Positions 8,809 through 19,000 of a stretch of 64,000 bases of DNA are shown one piece after another. Both the position numbers and the translations under genes were made by a program. Source of the DNA: Candidatus Omnitrophica bacterium UBA6215 (GTDB taxonomy: Bacteria; Omnitrophota; Gorgyraeia; Pluralincolimonadales; Pluralincolimonadaceae); assembly GCA_002421665.1 (NCBI GenBank), contig DISH01000005.1:78092-142091 (forward strand), in the 5' to 3' direction. The notes beneath the pieces were generated by a model that made no database searches, was not told where the DNA came from, and saw only the letters and a program-made list of their open reading frames with translations. Positions within the stretch are counted from its first letter, which is position 1. The number at the start of each line of letters is the position of its first letter.

Positions 8809-9822
8809 ATGAAGAAAGTCACTTTTAAAGAGATATCGAAGATCGTAGGGGTTTCCCCTATGCACGTCTCCCGGGCCCTGGCAGGGCATCCTTATGTAAA
8901 GGAAGACCTGAGGAAGAAGATATTCAAGGTCGCTAAGGAGCTTAACTACAGCATCAATCCTTTCGGCAGGGGCCTGTCCAAGAATATACAGATGAAGGCG
9001 CGGATGATATGCCTTCTTACAAACTATGATAATTTTTTTAGGACCGAATATTTCATAGATCTCATAGATTCCATAAGCGAGAATTGCAGGTCGAAAGACT
9101 GTGACGCCATAATAGTCAGCCTTACCGACGATAAACGCGATAACGTCAACAGGCTCAAGAACCTGGTCAATTATTACAAGGCGGGTATAATAGAAGGGTT
9201 CGTATTTATAGCTCCCGACCTCGGTTCGCAGGAGGGGCTTTTCCTTTGCTCGGAAAAGGTCAACTTTGTTTGTGTCGGCAGCAGGATAGACCCCGAGACA
9301 AAATACGTGGATATAGATAATTTCAAGGCGGGCTTTGATGTCGGCGAATACCTCGCGGGGCTCGGCCACAGGAGATTTGCATTCATCAAAGGGGCGGAGA
9401 ACCGTTTCGATACCCGCGAAAGGATGCAGGGGTTCTCAACTGCCTTGGGCATGAAGGGCCTGGAGATAGACCCCGACCTTATAGTAAAAGGCGATTACAA
9501 GATAGCCGGCGGGAAGAAGGCGACCGCATCGGTTTTTTCGCGCAACAAGAAACCCGACGCGATATTCTATGCGAACGACCTGATGGCTTACGGGGGGATG
9601 GAGTTTTTTAAGGAGAAGAAGATCGATGTGCCCGGGGACGTGTCTATAGTAGGTTTTGACGACCTTGCGGCTTCGGCAAATTGCCGCCCGCCGCTTACCA
9701 CGGTAAGACAGCCTTACGCGGAGATGGGTGAGGCGGTAATGGAAGCCGTCTTTGACCGTAATTTTACTGCAATGAAGATACCGGGTGAACTTATAATAAG
9801 AAAAAGCTGCGGGAGGTTATAA
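8809..9822 (+). CDS. LacI-family transcriptional regulator (second copy)
   Basis: HTH FKEISKIVGVSPMHVSRALAG at the N-terminus, followed by a PBP-like domain. Confidence 0.85.
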   Translation: MKKVTFKEISKIVGVSPMHVSRALAGHPYVKEDLRKKIFKVAKELNYSINPFGRGLSKNIQMKARMICLLTNYDNFFRTEYFIDLIDSISENCRSKDCDAIIVSLTDDKRDNVNRLKNLVNYYKAGIIEGFVFIAPDLGSQEGLFLCSEKVNFVCVGSRIDPETKYVDIDNFKAGFDVGEYLAGLGHRRFAFIKGAENRFDTRERMQGFSTALGMKGLEIDPDLIVKGDYKIAGGKKATASVFSRNKKPDAIFYANDLMAYGGMEFFKEKKIDVPGDVSIVGFDDLAASANCRPPLTTVRQPYAEMGEAVMEAVFDRNFTAMKIPGELIIRKSCGRL

Positions 9823-9830
9823 AGGAGACC

Positions 9831-12800
9831 ATGATGAGCACCAGCGCGGTATACAGGATAGGCGATGACAACGAATTCATTATAGAGAACTATAACCATT
9901 CCAAAGCGTTTTCCAGCTTTCTGCCGGGGATCGCCGGCCTGGACGGAATACCCATGTGGACCTTTTATGTCAACAGGAACCAGGCCGTATGCAGTTTCGG
10001 CATAGAGGGAAAAGACCGCTCTATGATGGAGTTCTTTCCCGCAAACTTCGCCTACCAACTTGTAGGATCGCAGGGTTTCAGGACATTCATCAAGTTATCC
10101 TCGAAAGACGGCTATATTTATTACGAACCTTTCCGTACTTATGAGAAGGAAGAGAAATATATTCCTTCTCAGACTATGGTGATAAGGCCCTATTCCGTGA
10201 CCATAATGGAAGAGAACCGCAAGCTTGGCCTGGACGTGAAGATAGAATATTGTAACCTGTCAGGCAGGCCTTTCCCCGGACTCATGAGAAAGGTTGAGGT
10301 CAGGAATACTTCACGCAAACAGGTTTCGTTCGAGATCATAGACGGTATGCCGCAGGTAGTCCCGTTCGGAATGGATGATTTCAGCCTCAAGAAGATGAAA
10401 TACCTGGTGAAATCTTTTAGTTTTGTGGAGAACCTGGAAAAGAAGATCCCTTATTTCCATATCAAGACGACGCATGAGGACGGCCCCGAAGTGGCGATGG
10501 TCAAGAAGGGGCATTTTTACGCCTGTTTCAGGACAAAAGGCGCTAAGATGGAACTACTCAGGCCTATGGTTGACGTATCGCAGGTATTCGGGGCAAGGAA
10601 AGATTTCATATATCCGTCCGAGTTCAACGTTAAGAAAAAGTTCTCCTATGACGCCAAGAATGAATTAAAGAGCGGGGAATTCGCCTGCGCGATGTGCTAC
10701 CAGGACGTGAAGCTGGGCCCTTCAGGGTCACTGGTCCTTACGTCGGTTTTTGGCACCCTGGATTCGCTGGATGGGACATCGAAAGTGGCGCGCACGGTTA
10801 CGGCCGACCTCATGGAAAAGCAGCTTACGAAGAACAGGGAGCTCATCGAATCCATAATGGCCAGGTCGCTTGTCATAAGCGAAGACCGCAGGTTCGACAG
10901 GTATTCCCTGCAAAATTACCTCGATAATGTCCTCAGGGGCGGGCTTCCCATAACGGTGACGAAGGACAGGAGCAAGGTTTTTTACGTATATTCAAGGAAG
11001 CACGGGGATCTTGAGCGCGATTACAACCAGTTCTATACCTCCCCGACCGAATATTCGCAGGGAGATTCCAATTACAGGGACGTAAACCAGAACAGGCGCA
11101 ACGACCTTTTCTTCAATCCCGATGTCGGGATGACGAATATAGTAAATTACGTGAACCTTATACAGCTTGACGGGTTCAACCCGCACGGTGTAGGAGGAAT
11201 TACGTTCAGGTATAAAGGGGACGAGGAAACGCTCAGGTCGCTTTTTGGCCCGAGCGCGGCAGGTGCGAAGGCTTTCTTCGGCAAGCCATTCGCCCCGGGA
11301 GACATCTTCAAATTGCTTGACGCCGGGAAGGTAAAAACCGGTTTATCCAAGGAAGAACTTCTCTTGAGGATACTTGAAAGGTCCGAGGCGGTACAGAATT
11401 CCAAGCACATCGAAGGTTACTGGACCGACCATACTTTTTATAACATAGACCTCATAGAAAGTTTCATCTCGATATTTCCCGACAGGAAGAAGGAGCTCTT
11501 TTTCGATAACACGGGGTTCACCTTCCATGACAGTATGTACGTGGTGATGCCGAGGGAGGACAAGTATATACTTTGGGACGGAAAACCCATGCAGGCGGGA
11601 AGCGTCAGGCTTGACGAAGAAAAGAAACAGATGATAACGGACCGCGCCAGTGACAATACCCTTGTGCGCAAGGAGAACGGCAAGGGTGAGGTCTACAGGA
11701 CCAACCTTATAACGAAACTTTTCATACTCGCGGTCAATAAAATCAATTCCATAGCCCCGGACGGTTGCGGGCTGGAGATGGAGTCGGATAAGCCCAACTG
11801 GTGCGATGCCTTGAACGGGCTTCCCGGAATGTTCGGCTCGTCATCGAACGAGACATTCGAGCTCAAGAGGCTGGTATCCATGGTCTCGGATAACCTCGGC
11901 GCCGCCCAACTCGAAATCCCGGAGGAAGTCGCGGATATTGTTTCCGCGTCAAAAGATATTTTAAACGCCTATCTTTCCGGGGGCCTCGACGATCATGCCG
12001 CCTGGGACAAGCTTACAACCCTTAAAGAGGAATTCAGGGCGAGGACGAAGTTCGGCATAACGGGCCGCATGGTCAGCCTTAGCGCCGAAGATGCTTCGGG
12101 ATACCTTAACCTTGCATCCAAGAGGGTGCAGTCCGCGATAGACAAGAGTTTTAACGGGAATTCCGGGTTGTTTTCCGGGTATTTTATAAATATCCCGGTT
12201 GATTACGAGAAGATAACTTTTACCGATGATAAGGGCAGGGAAGTTCCAAGGACAAACCATAAGGGGCTCCCCTGCATAAAGGTCAAGAAGTTCGAGTCGA
12301 AGGCGCTTCCTCTCTTCCTGGAGGCGCAGGTTCACGCGATGAGGACGGAGAAAGACATATCGCTCAAGGCGCGGCTTCACGGAAATCTCATGAAGAGCGG
12401 GCTGGTGGACAAGAAGCTGAAGATGTTCTTCGTCAACGACTCCATTGCCAATGAGCCGTACGAGATAGGCAGGATCAAGACGTTCAATCCGGGCTGGCTG
12501 GAGAACCAGTCGATATGGCTGCATATGGAATACAAATATATGCTCGAACTCCTAAGGGGAGGCCTTTATAAGGACTTCTTCAGGAACATGAAGAACGTGT
12601 TGGTGCCGTTCCTTCCCGCCGAGGTATACGGCAGGAGTGTATTTGAGAACTCGTCCTTCATTGCCAGCAGCGCACATCCGGATAAGAAGGTCCACGGGCA
12701 GGGGTTCTACGCGCGCCTGTCCGGCTCCACAGCGGAATTCATACATATGTGGCTTATCATGATGACCGGCGGCAGGCCGTTCGGGTTAGACGGCAGCGGC

Positions 12801-13124
12801 AAGCTTATATTCAAGCTTTGTCCCGTGATAGAGGCGAGGATGTTCCTTAAAAAAGACCGCAAGGTGAGCTATTACCTGCCGGACGGGACCTTGAAGACCG
12901 AAACGGCCGGGAAGGGAACGCTGAAATTCATGTTCCTCGGAAGCATTCCCGTTACATATGTCAATGCTTCAGGTAAAGATATATCAGGGGACAACGGCAA
13001 GACGCGCTATGAAGTTACCATGGATGACGCCACCGTCAAGTTTTTTGACGGGGAAGTCCCCGAACCGTATTCAGCCATGATCAGGCAGGGGAAAGCCCGG
13101 GAGATAAAAGTTTACTTTAACTGA
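9831..13124 (+). CDS. Large cytoplasmic protein, putative glycoside hydrolase/phosphorylase of an (alpha/alpha)6-barrel-like family (family unassigned)
   Basis: 1097 aa with no signal peptide. It lies between a LacI regulator and a GH35 gene. The N-terminus (YRIGDDNEFIIENYNHSKAFSSFLPGIAG) loosely resembles GH94/GH65-type phosphorylase N-termini. The C-terminal region ENQSIWLHMEYKYMLELL is reminiscent of six-hairpin glycosidases. The family cannot be assigned by eye. Confidence 0.5.
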   Translation: MMSTSAVYRIGDDNEFIIENYNHSKAFSSFLPGIAGLDGIPMWTFYVNRNQAVCSFGIEGKDRSMMEFFPANFAYQLVGSQGFRTFIKLSSKDGYIYYEPFRTYEKEEKYIPSQTMVIRPYSVTIMEENRKLGLDVKIEYCNLSGRPFPGLMRKVEVRNTSRKQVSFEIIDGMPQVVPFGMDDFSLKKMKYLVKSFSFVENLEKKIPYFHIKTTHEDGPEVAMVKKGHFYACFRTKGAKMELLRPMVDVSQVFGARKDFIYPSEFNVKKKFSYDAKNELKSGEFACAMCYQDVKLGPSGSLVLTSVFGTLDSLDGTSKVARTVTADLMEKQLTKNRELIESIMARSLVISEDRRFDRYSLQNYLDNVLRGGLPITVTKDRSKVFYVYSRKHGDLERDYNQFYTSPTEYSQGDSNYRDVNQNRRNDLFFNPDVGMTNIVNYVNLIQLDGFNPHGVGGITFRYKGDEETLRSLFGPSAAGAKAFFGKPFAPGDIFKLLDAGKVKTGLSKEELLLRILERSEAVQNSKHIEGYWTDHTFYNIDLIESFISIFPDRKKELFFDNTGFTFHDSMYVVMPREDKYILWDGKPMQAGSVRLDEEKKQMITDRASDNTLVRKENGKGEVYRTNLITKLFILAVNKINSIAPDGCGLEMESDKPNWCDALNGLPGMFGSSSNETFELKRLVSMVSDNLGAAQLEIPEEVADIVSASKDILNAYLSGGLDDHAAWDKLTTLKEEFRARTKFGITGRMVSLSAEDASGYLNLASKRVQSAIDKSFNGNSGLFSGYFINIPVDYEKITFTDDKGREVPRTNHKGLPCIKVKKFESKALPLFLEAQVHAMRTEKDISLKARLHGNLMKSGLVDKKLKMFFVNDSIANEPYEIGRIKTFNPGWLENQSIWLHMEYKYMLELLRGGLYKDFFRNMKNVLVPFLPAEVYGRSVFENSSFIASSAHPDKKVHGQGFYARLSGSTAEFIHMWLIMMTGGRPFGLDGSGKLIFKLCPVIEARMFLKKDRKVSYYLPDGTLKTETAGKGTLKFMFLGSIPVTYVNASGKDISGDNGKTRYEVTMDDATVKFFDGEVPEPYSAMIRQGKAREIKVYFN

Positions 13125-13137
13125 TGCGGAGGATGTC

Positions 13138-15906
13138 GTGGACAAGAAGGTGATCTCTTTCGACAGCAAGAGCATGATGGTAAACGGCAGGCGTGTCATG
13201 CTCTACGGCGGGGAGTTCCATTATTTCCGCGTTCCGAACGAATTATGGGAAGACAGGCTGCAGAAGATGCGGTCTGCCGGACTGAACCTGGTCGTTACGT
13301 ATATACCGTGGAATTTCCACGAGACGGAAGAAGGCAAGTTCCTGTGGGACGGCGACAGGGACCTCGATAAGTTCATTACCCTTACCCAAAAGTACGGTTT
13401 TTACCTGATAATTAAACCGGGCCCGTATATTTGCGCGGAATGGGATTTCGGCGGTTTCCCGGATTGGCTGCTTGGCAAGGAGATAAACCTGCGCGAAGAC
13501 GACCCGGTATATATGAAGTTGATCGCGAGGTATTACAAGGAGATAGCGGGTATAATCAGGCCGCATCTTATCACGAGGGGAGGCAACATAGTACTCTTCC
13601 AGGTCGAGAACGAGTATGACCACCTGATAGCCTATACCGGTATAGAGAGATACAGGAAGGGAGCGCTTAAATACCACCTTAAGCTCCTTGAAATGGCCAG
13701 GAAAGAAGGCATAGATGTTCCCGCCTTTACGGTCGAAGGCAGCTTCCTCAGGAAAAGCGAGATAATCGACGCCCGCACCTATTATCCCAACATACCCTGG
13801 ATATGGCTCTGGGAGTTCAACGATTTTGACAAGGCGATAAGGGACTCGGTCGCGGCCCAGCCCTCAAAGCCCCTCATGATCATGGAGCTCGAGACGGGAT
13901 GGTTCGCCCAGTTCGGAAAGCCGCTCTACCAGATAGAGCCGGAGGTTACCAGGGCGATACTCAGGACCGTCATTGCCGAAGGAGCTTCCGTGATGAACCA
14001 TTTCATGTTCATAGGAGGCACGACTTTCCCGTACTGGAACTGCAAAGGCGATTACGGCGGGATAGGGACCTGTACCACATACGACTTCGGCCACTCCCCG
14101 GTAAGGGAATGGGGAGAGGTATCGCCCACAAAGTACCATATGGCCCGCAATACCGCCCAATTCCTCGACTCATTCGAGGATGAACTGTTCTCCTCCGAGA
14201 AAAAAGAAGGTGCCGCTAAATTCGCCAAGGGAGGCGAGACCGTAGCGCTTATCGACGGCAGGAATGCTGTCCCGAACCCGGATTTCTCCGGGACATTCGA
14301 GAATGTTGAGGTTCTTGAAAGATACGGGAAGAAGGGCGGGTTTGTCATGGCCCGCAACCTTACCGAGGATACGCATAAAGTGCGTATATCGTATTTCTCC
14401 CCGCTGGAAGGCAGGCAGATGGTCATGCCGGCGGCCCAGGACCTTAAACTCGCGTCGAGGTCGTCGTTCCTCTTTCCGGTGGATATAACGGCAGGAAAGA
14501 AGGGCGTTGTCATAAGGTATTCCACATGCGAGCTTGTGCTAAGGAAGAAGATAGCCAACGAAAATTTCATCTTCCTGTCGGGCAGGCCGGAAGTACCAGC
14601 GGAGACATTGATAAAATGCCCATCGAAGCCCTTGACACTGGAAGGGAAATTTGGCGTAGAAAAAGTGAAGGGCGGATATCTTGTGACGAATGAGAACGAC
14701 GGCACGGGCATATTGAAGGCAGGCGGGGTCTTCTTCGTTTTTCTCGACGACAAGACCGCGTCAAAGGTCTGGGACCGGCATGATACCGTGGTGATAAGTG
14801 ATTACTATTATATAGAGGATATTTTTAATAACGGCAAGAGCATTGATATTTGCGCTCAGGTGAAGAACGGTTGCAACCAGCGCACCAGGATATTCACGGG
14901 CCTTAGGCCGCGGTCGGTCACGATAAACGGCGAGAAAACCGCGTTCAAGTATGACAGGCGGACGAAGTCCGCCAGGTTTGAATTCGATTGCGCCGTAGAG
15001 GAACTGCCCAAGGTAACCTGGCTTGACGCGCCGCGGTTCGCTTCGGACGTCGAGGAGAAGGGGCCGGATTATGAAGATTCCTCGTGGAAAAAAATAAAAC
15101 TGCCGAATTCCCTCGAGAAGGCGGGCCTGCTGGAACACGGTTTCCTGTGGTACAGGAAGAAGTTTGAGCTAAAGGGGAAGCCTTCCAAGTGCGTACTCAA
15201 AATAGAGACCGGCGAAATGGACCGTTTCTATGTTTATGTCAACGGCCGGTTCGTCTGGAGAGGCATAGAGAACAAGGACCTGGATATAACGCGATTCGTC
15301 AGGAAGGGCGATAACCTGCTTGCCGTCAGGTATGAGAATGCCTACCATACTAAGGCGCACCCGCACGAAGGGGCGATCAAAAAATTCAGCGGCATACTAA
15401 ATCCGGTAAGGGTATCCGGAAAGATATCCGGAAGGGAGTTTAACATTATCCTGGATAACCTGCTTGTCCGCGAAAAGGCGGGAGGCCTGCTAAAAGGTTA
15501 TCACGAGCCTGACTGCATTGAGGTCTCGTGGAGGAGGACGCCTCCGGCCAGGAAGTATGTTATTCCCGAGGAGATGGGGGAGTTGGTGTGGTACAGGAGG
15601 AAATTTCGTTTCCTCACGCGAAAAGGCGGCGTATGCGCGCTTAAACTGACCATAGACCATGCTTTCGAAAGGTGCATAATCTACCTTAACGGCAAGGCCC
15701 TCGGTAAATATGAGTCAGTGGGCCCGCAAAACGATTTTTATATTCCGGAGACATTCCTTCGCTCGGAAAATACCCTGGCAATACTGCTTGAAGGTCCGGG
15801 GGTCCATCCCGTAAAGGAGTTTGGATTCGTGCCGCCGGTTCTCAAGGATCCCAGGATAGGATTTTATTACAGCGCCAAAAAGATACTGGCAAGGATATCC
15901 CGGTAA
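13138..15906 (+). CDS. Glycoside hydrolase family 35 beta-galactosidase
   Basis: Hallmark GH35 N-terminus FHYFRVPNELWEDRLQKMRSAGLNLVVTYIPWNFHE ... GPYICAEWDFGGFPDWLL and the catalytic-region motif QVENEY. Confidence 0.9.
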   Translation: MDKKVISFDSKSMMVNGRRVMLYGGEFHYFRVPNELWEDRLQKMRSAGLNLVVTYIPWNFHETEEGKFLWDGDRDLDKFITLTQKYGFYLIIKPGPYICAEWDFGGFPDWLLGKEINLREDDPVYMKLIARYYKEIAGIIRPHLITRGGNIVLFQVENEYDHLIAYTGIERYRKGALKYHLKLLEMARKEGIDVPAFTVEGSFLRKSEIIDARTYYPNIPWIWLWEFNDFDKAIRDSVAAQPSKPLMIMELETGWFAQFGKPLYQIEPEVTRAILRTVIAEGASVMNHFMFIGGTTFPYWNCKGDYGGIGTCTTYDFGHSPVREWGEVSPTKYHMARNTAQFLDSFEDELFSSEKKEGAAKFAKGGETVALIDGRNAVPNPDFSGTFENVEVLERYGKKGGFVMARNLTEDTHKVRISYFSPLEGRQMVMPAAQDLKLASRSSFLFPVDITAGKKGVVIRYSTCELVLRKKIANENFIFLSGRPEVPAETLIKCPSKPLTLEGKFGVEKVKGGYLVTNENDGTGILKAGGVFFVFLDDKTASKVWDRHDTVVISDYYYIEDIFNNGKSIDICAQVKNGCNQRTRIFTGLRPRSVTINGEKTAFKYDRRTKSARFEFDCAVEELPKVTWLDAPRFASDVEEKGPDYEDSSWKKIKLPNSLEKAGLLEHGFLWYRKKFELKGKPSKCVLKIETGEMDRFYVYVNGRFVWRGIENKDLDITRFVRKGDNLLAVRYENAYHTKAHPHEGAIKKFSGILNPVRVSGKISGREFNIILDNLLVREKAGGLLKGYHEPDCIEVSWRRTPPARKYVIPEEMGELVWYRRKFRFLTRKGGVCALKLTIDHAFERCIIYLNGKALGKYESVGPQNDFYIPETFLRSENTLAILLEGPGVHPVKEFGFVPPVLKDPRIGFYYSAKKILARISR

Positions 15907-15920
15907 TGGCACATTGTATC

Positions 15921-15948
15921 TTGACAAATATATCCCATATGATATAAT
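15921..15948 (+). promoter_or_regulatory. Near-consensus sigma70 promoter TTGACA-N16-TATAAT upstream of gltB
   Basis: TTGACA at 15921-15926 and TATAAT at 15943-15948, both perfect hexamers, in the 120-nt intergenic region before gltB. Confidence 0.55.
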
Positions 15949-15981
15949 TATTACACCTAAAACGACTTAGGAATAGACGAG

Positions 15982-16025
15982 GACGTCTTCTATATATCTT
16001 TAATAATAGAAGGCGTCTTTTTTTA
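15982..16025 (+). terminator. Terminator-like hairpin plus U-tract in the gltB leader (possible attenuator)
   Basis: GACGTCTTCTAT (15982-15993) pairs with ATAGAAGGCGTC (16006-16017) as a 12-bp stem with one G-U pair, followed by TTTTTTT. It sits between the putative promoter and the gltB start at 16030/16042. Confidence 0.45.
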
Positions 16026-16029
16026 TCAG

Positions 16030-19000
16030 TTGGTTAAACAAATGAGAGAGAACGGGACCATATTAAACCATCTGCCCGAAAAACAAGGGCTCTATGATCC
16101 GCAATTCGAGCATGACAGTTGCGGCGTAGGATTCGTCTGCGATATAAAGGGCCGCAGGTCACACGGTATCGTCGAAAAGGGTGTTCTTGCGCTTGAGCAC
16201 CTGATGCACAGGGGCGCTACGGGTTCCGACCCGAAAACGGGCGACGGCGCCGGCGTTCTTATCCAGGTACCGCACGAGTTCTTCCGGAGGGAATGCCCTA
16301 AATCGGGAATATCGTTGCCCGGCGCGGGAGATTACGGGGCGGGGCTTGTTTTTCTTCCTACCGAAGGCAGGGACAGGAAATTCTGCGAAGATAATTTCAG
16401 GAAGATAGCAGAGGAAGAGGGCCTCATCTTTTTGGGCTGGCGTGATGTACCCGTCGATGATTCCATGATAGGCAAGACGGCCCGTGATGCCGAGCCGGTG
16501 ATAAAGCAGGTCTTTATCGGAAAACCTTCCTCGATAAAAGATGAACTTACATTTGAGAGGAAACTCTTTGTAGCGCGCAGGCGCGCAGAGAACCTGGTCC
16601 GGGGCTCGAAGATAGCGCAGAAAAAATATTTTTATGTAACGGGCCTTTCCTGCCGTACGGTAAGCTATAAAGGCCTTTTGATGTCCACCCAGCTCAAGGA
16701 GTATTTCCTCGACCTCAAGGACGAGAGCATCAAAAGCTCGTTTGCCCTTATCCATGCCCGTTACAGCACGAATACTTTCCCTACATGGGACCTCTCGCAG
16801 CCGTTCCGCTACCTGGCGCACAACGGCGAGATAAATACCCTGCGCGGAAATATCAACTGGATGGCCGCCAGGCAGGGCCTCTTCAAGAGCGGTATGTTCG
16901 GAAAGGATATAAAGAAGATATTCCCCGTCATCGTCCCAGGCGGCAGTGATTCGGCGATGCTGGATAATGCCCTCGAGATGCTCATTCTTAGCGGCCGCCC
17001 GTTGCACCATGTGATGATGATGCTCATCCCGGAAGCATGGCAGAGCAATAACCAGATAGATTCCCGCAGGAAGGATTTCTACGAATACCACGCCTGCCTT
17101 ATGGAGCCATGGGACGGACCCGCCGCCGTCGCGTTCACCGATGGAAGGTATATTGGCGCTACGCTTGACCGTAACGGATTGAGGCCGGCGCGTTATGTTG
17201 TGACGAAAGACGATATGGTAGTAATGGCCTCGGAAGTCGGCGTGCTTGATATTCCCGCCGAGAATATACTGGTCAACGGTCGGCTTAAACCGGGCAGGAT
17301 GTTCCTTATCGACACGGTCGAGGGGCGCATTATCGACGACAAGGAGCTCAAGGACAAGATTGCCTTTGAAAAACCCTACGGGAAGTGGCTGAAAGACAAC
17401 CTCGAGACCCTCGAGGATGTCAAGGCGCCTAAAAAAGTAAAAGCGCCCGCGATAAAGGATATATTAAGCCAGCAGAAGGCATTCGGGTACACCAAAGAAG
17501 CCCTGAAGACGATAATAAGGCCGATGGCCGAGACCGGCGCCGAACCTACCGGCTCGATGGGCGACGACACCCCGCTTGCGGTCCTTTCCGAGAAACCGAG
17601 GATATTCTACGATTATTTCAAGCAGTTGTTCGCGCAGGTCACGAACCCGCCGATAGACCCTATCCGCGAGGAACTCGTGATGACCCTTGATACTTACCTC
17701 GGGCGCGAGAAGAATATTTTGGAAGAGACCCCGGACCACTGCCACAGGCTCAAGGTCGGTAATCCCGTGCTCACCGACGAAGAGCTCGCAAGGATAAAGC
17801 ATATAAAGAACAGGACTTTCAGGACGAAAGTGATATCCACCTTGTTCGAGGTAAAGAAGGGCAAGACAGGGTTCAGGAAATCGCTCGACAGGATACGCAG
17901 GGAATCTTCGGCCGCGATAAAGGCCGGATACAGTTTCATTATATTGAGCGACAGGGGAGTAGATGGAAAACGCGCAGCGCTTCCCGCGCTTTTGGCCTGC
18001 GCTTCGGTGCACCATCACCTTATTCGCGAGGCGACGCGCACCCAGGCGAGCATAATCCTCGAGAGCGGAGAGCCGAGGGAAGTGGCGAATTTCGCGCTCC
18101 TGTTTGGTTACGGGGCCGATTGCGTAAATCCATACCTGGCGTACAGGTCTATAGAAGAGCTGATAAAGTCCGGTGAACTCGACAAGGATTTCAGGACCGC
18201 GCAAAAAAATTACATACACGCCCTGACGCACGGGATAATGAAGATACTCTCGAAGATGGGCATTTCGACGATACAAAGCTACCGCGGCGCGCAGATATTC
18301 GAAGCGCTGGGCCTGAACGGCGAGATAATAGACGAATGCTTTACCGGCACGGTATCGAGGATAGGCGGCGTGGGCCTTGATGTCATAGCGCAGGAGACCA
18401 TAGCCAGGCACGACGACGCTTTCCCGTCGCGGCCAGGCAGGGAGCCGCAGCTCGACAACGGCGGCCTTTACCAGTGGCGCCGCGACGGAGAGTTCCACCT
18501 TTGGAACCCCGAATCGATAGCCGCCCTGCAGGATTCCGTCCGCAATAATGATTTTGAAGCCTTCAAGAGGTTCAGCGGTCTCATCAATAACCAGGAAAAC
18601 CACCTTTGCACTTTACGCGGCCTCCTGAAATTCAAGGAGACGCAGGCTATACCCATAGGGGAGGTTGAGCCCGCCTCCGAGATAGTAAAGCGTTTCGTGA
18701 CGGGTGCCATGAGCTTCGGCTCCATCAGCAAGGAAGCCCACGAGGCGATGGCCACCGCGATGAACCGCATGGGCGCCAAGTCCAATTCCGGAGAGGGCGG
18801 CGAAGACCCTATGAGGTTTATCCCGCTTCCCAACGGCGACAGTTTGCGCTCTGCCACTAAGCAGGTGGCCTCCGGCAGGTTCGGTGTCACGAGCAACTAT
18901 CTTGCCAATGCCGACGAACTCCAGATAAAGATAGCCCAGGGTGCCAAGCCGGGCGAAGGCGGCCAGCTTCCAGGGCACAAGGTAAGCGTTACGATCGCGA

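Noticed and set aside
15907-15926. TGGCAC motif upstream of gltB resembling a sigma54 -24 element
   Set aside because: No properly spaced TTGC(A/T) -12 element follows (TGGCAC-attgta-TCTTGA). The adjacent TTGACA-N16-TATAAT fits sigma70 perfectly.
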